This document shows, piece by piece, positions 26,631-32,000 of a stretch of 32,000 nucleotides of DNA. Position numbers and translations under genes: made by a program. The notes beneath the pieces are model-generated. The model did not search any database, was not told where the DNA came from, and was given only the letters and a program-made list of their open reading frames with translations. The first letter of the stretch is position 1. Each line of letters opens with the position of its first letter. The stretch is from Bifidobacterium longum subsp. longum JCM 1217 (lineage in GTDB: Bacteria > Actinomycetota > Actinomycetes > Actinomycetales > Bifidobacteriaceae): contig NC_015067.1 in NCBI RefSeq assembly GCF_000196555.1, forward strand, positions 1,830,001 through 1,862,000, given 5' to 3'.

Positions 26631-28151
26631 ATGACGAGAGTACTGGTTGCCGGCGTAGATACGTCAACCCAATCAACGAAGGTCCGCATCACGGACGCCG
26701 CCACCGGCGAACAGGTTCGGTTCGGGCAGGCCAAGCACCCGGATGGCACCTCGGTCAACCCGGAATTCTGGTGGGAGGCCTTCACCAAGGCCGCCGAGCA
26801 GGCCGGCGGCCTTGACGATGTCGCGGCCCTCGCGGTTGGCGGCCAGCAGCATGGCATGGTCATTCTCGACAAGCAGGGCAACGTGATTCGCGATGCGATG
26901 CTCTGGAATGACACCAGTTCCGCCCCGCAGGCCGCCGCCTTGATCGACAAGCTCGGTGCAGCTCCGGCCGAGGGCGACGAACCGGACGACGTGACCGCCC
27001 GCGGCAAGCAACGCTGGGTCAAGGCCGTCGGATCCTCCCCCGTCGCCTCCTACACGCTGACCAAGGTGGCGTGGGTGGCCGAGAACGAGCCTGAGAACGC
27101 CAAGAAGATTGCCGCCGTCTGTCTGCCGCACGATTGGCTGAGCTGGCGTATCGCCGGCTATGGCCCGGTGGCCGAGGGCGAGGACGCTCATCTCGAAGCC
27201 CTGTTCACCGACCGTTCCGACGCTTCCGGCACCATTTACTACGATGCCGCGCATGACGAGTACCGCCGCGATCTCATCGCCATGGTGCTGGCCCCTGCCG
27301 AGGGCGAGGAAGCCGCCAAGGCCCACGCCGACGCCATTGTGCTGCCCACCGTGCTGGGCCCGCGTGAGGCAGCCGCCGTCAAGGCCGACCCCGCCATTGC
27401 CGGCAAGGACGTTGAAGGCGGCTGCATCATCGGCCCCGGCGGCGGAGACAATGCCATGGCCTCGCTGGGCCTCGGCATGGCCGTGGGCGATGTGTCCGTA
27501 TCGCTCGGCACCTCCGGCGTGGCCGCGGCCATCGCTGAAAACCCGGTGTACGACCTGACCGGAGCGATTTCTGGCTTTGCCGACTGCACCGGTCATTATC
27601 TGCCGCTTGCCTGCACCATCAACGGTTCGCGCATTCTGGACGCCGGTCGCGCCGCCCTTGGCGTGGACTACGACGAGCTGGCCGAACTGGCCTTTAAGGC
27701 CGAGCCGGGTGCCGGCGGCATCACCCTGGTGCCGTACTTCGACGGCGAGCGTACGCCGAACCGTCCGGACGCCACCGCCTCGCTGACTGGCCTGACCCTG
27801 CACAACACCACCAAGGAGAATCTGGCTCGTGCGTTCGTCGAAGGCCTGCTGTGTTCCCAGCGCGACTGCCTCGAGCTGATTCGTTCGCTGGGTGCCGAGA
27901 TCAACCGCATCCTGCTCATTGGCGGTGGCGCGAAGTCCGTGGCCATCCGCACGCTGGCCCCCTCAATCCTCGGCATGGACGTGACCCGTCCGGCCACCGA
28001 CGAATATGTGGCCATCGGCGCCGCCCGTCAGGCCGCCTGGGTGCTGTCCGGCGAGGCCGAACCGCTGACCTGGCAACTCACCATCGAGGGCGTGGAGACC
28101 GGCGAGCCCACCGAAGCCGTGTACGAGGCATACGCCAAGGCGCGCGGCTGA
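26631..28151 (+). CDS. xylB: Xylulokinase (FGGY carbohydrate kinase)
   Basis: MTRVLVAGVDTSTQSTKV..., GGQQHGMV, GGGDNAMA, and FGGY C-terminal domain motifs (LIGGGAKS). The SD GGAGGA lies 4 nt before the ATG at 26631. The track TTG start at 26601 is rejected. Confidence 0.9.
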   Translation: MTRVLVAGVDTSTQSTKVRITDAATGEQVRFGQAKHPDGTSVNPEFWWEAFTKAAEQAGGLDDVAALAVGGQQHGMVILDKQGNVIRDAMLWNDTSSAPQAAALIDKLGAAPAEGDEPDDVTARGKQRWVKAVGSSPVASYTLTKVAWVAENEPENAKKIAAVCLPHDWLSWRIAGYGPVAEGEDAHLEALFTDRSDASGTIYYDAAHDEYRRDLIAMVLAPAEGEEAAKAHADAIVLPTVLGPREAAAVKADPAIAGKDVEGGCIIGPGGGDNAMASLGLGMAVGDVSVSLGTSGVAAAIAENPVYDLTGAISGFADCTGHYLPLACTINGSRILDAGRAALGVDYDELAELAFKAEPGAGGITLVPYFDGERTPNRPDATASLTGLTLHNTTKENLARAFVEGLLCSQRDCLELIRSLGAEINRILLIGGGAKSVAIRTLAPSILGMDVTRPATDEYVAIGAARQAAWVLSGEAEPLTWQLTIEGVETGEPTEAVYEAYAKARG

Positions 28152-28202
28152 TACGCTGCCAGCACAATCCATGAGATAACAACTGAATAACGATTCCTGA
28201 TG

Positions 28203-28279
28203 AATGCCGCCATGGCAAGCATCGCGAAGAGCCGCTGTTATACCGCGCTCCTCGCTGAAGCACACATGGCGGCATTTTT
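28203..28279 (+). terminator. Intrinsic terminator after xylB (12-bp outer stem with a structured loop)
   Basis: AATGCCGCCATG (28203-28214) pairs with CATGGCGGCATT (28265-28276), followed by TTT. The inner GCGAAGAGC/GCTCCTCGC pairing has one mismatch. Confidence 0.6.
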
Positions 28280-28307
28280 CGTTTCCCACGCAATCCACAA
28301 ATGCGGC

Positions 28308-28313
28308 TATAAT
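28308..28313 (+). promoter_or_regulatory. Candidate -10 box (perfect TATAAT) for the small membrane-protein genes
   Basis: TATAAT lies 32 nt upstream of the ATG at 28346 and just after the xylB terminator. There is no convincing -35. Confidence 0.3.
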
Positions 28314-28345
28314 CAAGTCGTTTGAACAAGTCTGGAGATGATCCT

Positions 28346-28702
28346 ATGAACGACCGCTCCCGTATGATGCTGTACGCCCTGACCGCCGTCGCCTGCGTGA
28401 TGTGGATATGGCAATCCGCCAAAGAAGCAATGGCCGATGGCACGATGATCAGCACCTCAAACATCATCTTTTTGGTATGCATCGGCATTGCCGCCGTCTA
28501 CTGCGCCGCCAACGCATTGATATTGTGGTGGCGTCAACCCAGCAAGGAGGATGCGGAGAACGATGACGCCGCGGATACGCCTGACGGCACCGATACCGAC
28601 ACCGCAGATGCCGAGGGATCCGAGGACGACACCGATGACGATGTCGAAACCGACGTCGCAACCACGGATGCCGATGCATCACCAACCACTAATCGCCAGT
28701 AA
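28346..28702 (+). CDS. Small membrane protein (2 predicted TM helices) with an Asp/Thr-rich highly acidic C-terminal tail
   Basis: MNDRSRMMLYALTAVACVMWIW...IIFLVCIGIAAVYCAANALILWW, then EDAENDDAADTPDGTDTDTADAEGSEDDTDDDVETDVATTDADA. The SD GGAGA lies 7 nt before the ATG at 28346. Confidence 0.6.
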   Translation: MNDRSRMMLYALTAVACVMWIWQSAKEAMADGTMISTSNIIFLVCIGIAAVYCAANALILWWRQPSKEDAENDDAADTPDGTDTDTADAEGSEDDTDDDVETDVATTDADASPTTNRQ

Positions 28703-28759
28703 CCATCGTTATCGTTCGCCCGAATCAAGCGAATCATCCCACTTCAGCAAAGGAACATT

Positions 28760-29104
28760 ATGGAAGTAACAACCGTGTCAACCGTGATCAGCGTGGTGCT
28801 GGGCGTCATATGCGCGCCTTGCGGCCTGTTTCTGGGGCTCGTTCCCATGAAGGCCGGCCTGGTGACCGCCAAGCAGTCAAAGGCCTCGCAGATGGTGAGC
28901 TTCATCGTTGCCATAGTGTTCATCGGCTTGCTGGTCGCAGGACATGATCTGGAGACCTGGGCCATGGTAATCGGTCTGGTCATCGGCTTCGCCGTTGCCA
29001 AGATTCCCGCGCTGCATGCCTGGGCTTTGCACAAGTGGCCGTTCTTCGAGCCCAAGAAAGCGGCTCCCGCTCCCAAGCGCGTCAAGAAAGCCAAGAAGAA
29101 GTAA
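28760..29104 (+). CDS. Small membrane protein (about 3 predicted TM helices) with a Lys-rich basic C-terminal tail
   Basis: VISVVLGVICAPCGLFLGLV, FIVAIVFIGLLVAG and MVIGLVIGFAVA helices, then EPKKAAPAPKRVKKAKKK. The SD AAGGA lies 5 nt before the ATG, and a terminator follows. Confidence 0.6.
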   Translation: MEVTTVSTVISVVLGVICAPCGLFLGLVPMKAGLVTAKQSKASQMVSFIVAIVFIGLLVAGHDLETWAMVIGLVIGFAVAKIPALHAWALHKWPFFEPKKAAPAPKRVKKAKKK

Positions 29105-29131
29105 GCTCTGGCCTTACCTATTCGCTGAAAG

Positions 29132-29160
29132 CGGGATATCGACATCGGTATCCCGTTTTT
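29132..29160 (+). terminator. Intrinsic terminator after the second small membrane-protein gene
   Basis: CGGGATA (29132-29138) pairs with TATCCCG (29149-29155), followed by TTTTT. Confidence 0.65.
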
Positions 29161-29277
29161 CATTGGCCGTACATATCCGCTGAGGCACATCGCCGAATCA
29201 TATTGTCGAAATACACCCCAAGTCAGGGCTGATTTCGCGAAGAACGTACACCGGGATCCATCCATCGCGACAAACGG

Positions 29278-29309
29278 AAAAGGGACGCTGCGTGCAACAG
29301 CGTCCCTTT
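29278..29309 (-). terminator. Intrinsic terminator retained downstream of the truncated permease gene
   Basis: 9-bp stem GGGACGCTG (29282-29290) / CAGCGTCCC (29298-29306). On the minus strand it is followed by TTTTCCGTTTG. Confidence 0.6.
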
Positions 29310-29375
29310 CGGAGGAGGAATGGAACTCAGGTCCATCCCCGTGGCCACCGGGCGGGCCCGGAGGCCAGGTTTAGC

Positions 29376-29605
29376 TCAGCCTTTCTTTTTCTTGGAGAGC
29401 AGGTCGTAGGCGACGGCGGCGATGACGACGAGGCCCTTGATGGTCTTGACCCAGGCGGCGTCCACGCCCATGATGGACAGGCCCTGGTTGAGCACGCCCA
29501 TGATCAGGGCGCCGACCATGGCGCCGGGGATGGTGCCGATGCCGCCGGTGACGGCCGTGCCGCCGATGAAGCAGGCCGCGATGGCGTCCATCTCGAACTC
29601 ATGCC
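29376..29605 (-). pseudogene. 3' remnant (last ~76 codons) of a sugar ABC-transporter permease (XylH/RbsC/AraH family), truncated at the IS256 end
   Basis: HEFEMDAIAACFIGGTAVTGGIGTIPGAMVGALIMGVLNQGLSIMGVDAAWVKTIKGLVVIAAVAYDLLSKKKKG matches the conserved C-terminus of ribose/xylose-type permeases. Upstream codons in the track ORF are IS-derived. Confidence 0.75.
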
Positions 29606-31013
29606 GGGCCTGTCTCGTTAAGTGTGTAACTGGCGTTTTCATTGTTGTGTTCCCTCGCTTGGCCAGCGGTCGGCGAAGGTGATGGCAAAGGCGTTGAGCA
29701 CGGGCTTCCAGCGCGCGCTCCATCGTATCCGTCCCTTGCCGGTGGGGTCCAGCGAGCGGACGGTCAGGTACATGCACTTGAGCGCGGCCTGCTCGTCGGG
29801 GAAGTGGCCGCGGGCGCGGATGGAGCGCTTGAATCTCGCGTTGAGCGATTCGATGGCGTTGGTCGTGCAGATCACGCGCCGGATCTCCACGTCATAGTCC
29901 AGGAACGGTATGAACCGTTCCCACGCGTCCATCCACAGCCTGCGGATCGCGGGATATCTCGCCTCCCACTTGTCCAGCATCGCGTCGCGGGCCGCCGCCG
30001 CGGCGGCGGCGCTCGGCGCGGTGTAGATGGGTTTGACATCGCGTTTGATGGCGTCCCAGTCCTTCTTCGACGCGTAGCGGAACGTGTTGCGCAGCAGATG
30101 CACCACGCAGGTCTGCACGATGGCCAGAGGCCATACCGCGCCCACCGCGTCGGGCAGGCCTTTGAGCCCGTCGCAGATCAGGAAGAACACATCGTCCACG
30201 CCCCGGTTCTTCAGCTCGGTGAGCACCGACAGCCAATAGCGTGCGCCCTCCGCGGCGGGCGACGCCCAGATGCCCAGCACGTCGCGGCCGCCCTCCAGAT
30301 CCACGCCAACGGCCACGTAGAACGCGCGGTTGGCGACCTGCCCGTCGCGCACCTTGACGACGGTCGCGTCGATGAACACGGCCGCGTACACACGATCCAG
30401 GGGACGCGAGCACCATTCGTCCTTCTCGGCCACGACCCGCTCGGTGATGCGACTGACGGTCTCCCTGGACACGTCCGCCCCGTAGATCTCCTGGAAGTGG
30501 GCGCTGATCTCGCCGGTGGTCAGGCCCCTGGCATACAGGGACAGCACCACCTCGTCCACCCCGGGCAGCCGCCGCTGCCGTTTCCTGACGACGACCGGCT
30601 CGAACGAGCCATCGCGGTCTCGCGGCACCTCGATCCCGACCGGACCTACCGAATCGGTGACCACGGTCTTGGCGGTGGTGCCGTTGCGCGTGTTCGCGGC
30701 CCTGCCGTCCTTGGATTTCTTGTGCTTGGCGCGGCCCAGGTGCTCGGTCATCTCCTCGTCCAGGGCCGTCTCCAGCACGCTTTTGGTGAACTGTTTGAGC
30801 AGTCCGTCGGGCCCTGTCAGGTCCAGTCCTTTTTCCTTGGCCATGCGCACGAATGTGAGCGCCGCCTCCCGCTCGGCGTTGCGTTTTTCCGCGTCCGGCT
30901 TCTTCGTCGGTGTCATGTTTCCCCTTGTCCCAGCAGACATCGTCCACCAGCCTTTCCGACCGGCCACACGACCGGCCAGTTAAGGCCAGTTACACACTTC
31001 GAGAGACAGTCCC
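29606..31013 (-). mobile_element. IS256-family insertion sequence (~1.4 kb) with imperfect terminal inverted repeats
   Basis: Left end GGGCCTGTCTCGTTAAGTGTGTAACTGGC (29606-29634) against the reverse complement of the right end GGGACTGTCTCTCGAAGTGTGTAACTGGC (30985-31013) gives 25/29 matches. It carries a single transposase ORF. There is no flanking direct repeat. Confidence 0.85.
29639..30916 (-). CDS. IS256-family (Mutator-like) transposase
   Basis: Characteristic sequence: LLKQFTKSVLETALDEEMTEHLG, VPRDRDGSFEP, YARGLTTGEI, VFIDATVVKVRDG, DGLKGLPDAV, QTCVVHLLRN, and TTNAIESLNARFKR. I prefer the ATG at 30916 (MTPTKKPD...). Confidence 0.9.
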   Translation of the reverse strand: MTPTKKPDAEKRNAEREAALTFVRMAKEKGLDLTGPDGLLKQFTKSVLETALDEEMTEHLGRAKHKKSKDGRAANTRNGTTAKTVVTDSVGPVGIEVPRDRDGSFEPVVVRKRQRRLPGVDEVVLSLYARGLTTGEISAHFQEIYGADVSRETVSRITERVVAEKDEWCSRPLDRVYAAVFIDATVVKVRDGQVANRAFYVAVGVDLEGGRDVLGIWASPAAEGARYWLSVLTELKNRGVDDVFFLICDGLKGLPDAVGAVWPLAIVQTCVVHLLRNTFRYASKKDWDAIKRDVKPIYTAPSAAAAAAARDAMLDKWEARYPAIRRLWMDAWERFIPFLDYDVEIRRVICTTNAIESLNARFKRSIRARGHFPDEQAALKCMYLTVRSLDPTGKGRIRWSARWKPVLNAFAITFADRWPSEGTQQ

Positions 31014-31181
31014 GTTTTCAGCGGAAGGAGAGAAAGGAGAAAGAAGGAATGGAAAGGTGCCATGCGGGCATAACACAACACCGCACATGGCGAAACTATC
31101 GAATCAGCCCATCGGGCGCACTGGCATCATAATTGATGTGTACACGCCCGATGGAGCGAATTCAATCGGTCAGACCGATGG

Positions 31182-32000
31182 TCACTCGACCTCAGCCAGG
31201 GCATCAATGATGTAGTTGTTGATGGTGGCCTTGACGGACTCGAGGTGATCGGACTTGGTGGCGGCGATGAGCTCGGACTGCGGCTTGTCGAGGCTGTAGG
31301 CTTCGAGGTCGGCCAAGGTGACGTTGCCCTCGTCGATGTCCTTGCCGATGCCGGAGTCGTAGGAGCTGTAGCGCTCGGCCTGAAGATTCTGGATGAAGCC
31401 GTCCTGGTTCATCTTGTCGGCAACCAGCAGGCCGGCGGCGTAGGCATCCATGCCGGCGATGTGGGAGCGGAACAGGTCCTCCTCGTAGAAGGAGGTACGG
31501 CGCGGCTTGGCGTCGAAGTTCAGACCACCGTGAGGTCCGATGGAGCCGGCCTGCAGGACTTCCCACATGACGGCGACGGTCTCGTACAGATCGGTCGGGA
31601 ACTCGTCCATATCCCAGCCGATGAGCTTGTCGCCCTGGTTGGCGTCGAGGGAACCGAGGAAGCCGGACTCGCGGGCCACGCGGATCTCGTGCTGGTAGGT
31701 GTGGCCGGCCAGGTTGGCGTGGTTGCCTTCCAAGTTCAGCTTGAAGACGTCGGTCAGGTCGTGGTTGCGCAGGAACTCGATGGCGGTGGCGGCATCGAAG
31801 TCGTACTGGTGCAGCGTCGGCTCCTTCGGCTTCGGCTCGATCAGGAACTGGGCCTCAAAGCCGATTTCCTTGGCGTAATCTGCGCACATGTGGAAGAACT
31901 TGGCGATGTGGTCGGTCTCGCGCTTCATCTCGGTGTTCCACAGGTTCTCGTAGCCTTCGCGGCCACCCCAGAACACGTAGTTCTCGGCGCCCAGGCGCTT
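31182..32000 (-). CDS. xylA: Xylose isomerase, C-terminal ~272 codons (gene continues past the window end)
   Basis: [32 protein letters not shown], and GWDMDEFP motifs. The reading frame stays open through 32000 (KRLGAENY precedes VFWGG). Confidence 0.93.
   Translation of the reverse strand, partial: KRLGAENYVFWGGREGYENLWNTEMKRETDHIAKFFHMCADYAKEIGFEAQFLIEPKPKEPTLHQYDFDAATAIEFLRNHDLTDVFKLNLEGNHANLAGHTYQHEIRVARESGFLGSLDANQGDKLIGWDMDEFPTDLYETVAVMWEVLQAGSIGPHGGLNFDAKPRRTSFYEEDLFRSHIAGMDAYAAGLLVADKMNQDGFIQNLQAERYSSYDSGIGKDIDEGNVTLADLEAYSLDKPQSELIAATKSDHLESVKATINNYIIDALAEVE

Noticed and set aside
28401-28409. Additional DnaA-box-like 9-mers (TGTGGATAT at 28401-28409, 8/9; CAATCCACA at 28291-28299, 7/9)
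   Set aside because: These are isolated single sites, one inside coding sequence (encoding MWIW). That is expected by chance and there is no clustering.
29292-29621. 109-aa plus-strand ORF, and a 28-codon ORF starting after GGAGGAGGA at 29320
   Set aside because: Both are antisense to the conserved permease C-terminus, with Asp/Gly/Ala-rich shadow composition. The SD-like run sits too close (1-2 nt) to the ATG.

Overview
This is a visibly GC-rich actinobacterial chromosome segment. Gene content and order resemble Bifidobacterium, with a B. longum-style xylose locus and Gln/Pro-rich membrane proteins; the taxon is inference only. I can support about 27 protein-coding genes (two cut by the window edges), one tRNA(CAT), one IS256-family insertion sequence, one or two pseudogenes, about ten intrinsic terminators and a small family of structured intergenic repeats. 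Order from left to right: map (partial), HdeD/DUF308-like membrane protein, M13 endopeptidase PepO, an SSB paralog, proS, a disrupted Gln/Pro-rich membrane-protein gene, a radical-SAM enzyme, a fused Memo-AMMECR1 protein, a Pif1-family helicase, orn, guaB, wecA/rfe, tsaC, a Maa/LacA-type acetyltransferase, a livKHMGF-type ABC operon, prmC, prfA, rpmE, tRNA, a ROK regulator, xylB, two small membrane proteins, a sugar-permease remnant, IS256 and xylA (partial). Most of this is core housekeeping. I see no CRISPR array, prophage, toxin-antitoxin pair or recognisable defence island, and I cannot honestly claim a wholly new system. The best second-look candidates are: (1) the fused Memo-AMMECR1 plus radical-SAM pair, a named system with no known function; (2) a cluster of perfect DnaA boxes in front of the SSB paralog; (3) a structured repeat family at 17022-17131, 23339-23388 and 11751-11772, with a degenerate copy inside coding sequence at 8418-8464, one copy of which can sequester the prmC ribosome-binding site; (4) an IS256 element without a target-site duplication next to a truncated sugar permease in the xylose locus; (5) two small membrane proteins with oppositely charged tails. 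The ORF track accepts TTG/GTG starts, so several listed ORFs are over-extended at the 5' end. I trimmed those to ATG codons preceded by Shine-Dalgarno (SD) sequences where I could see them.
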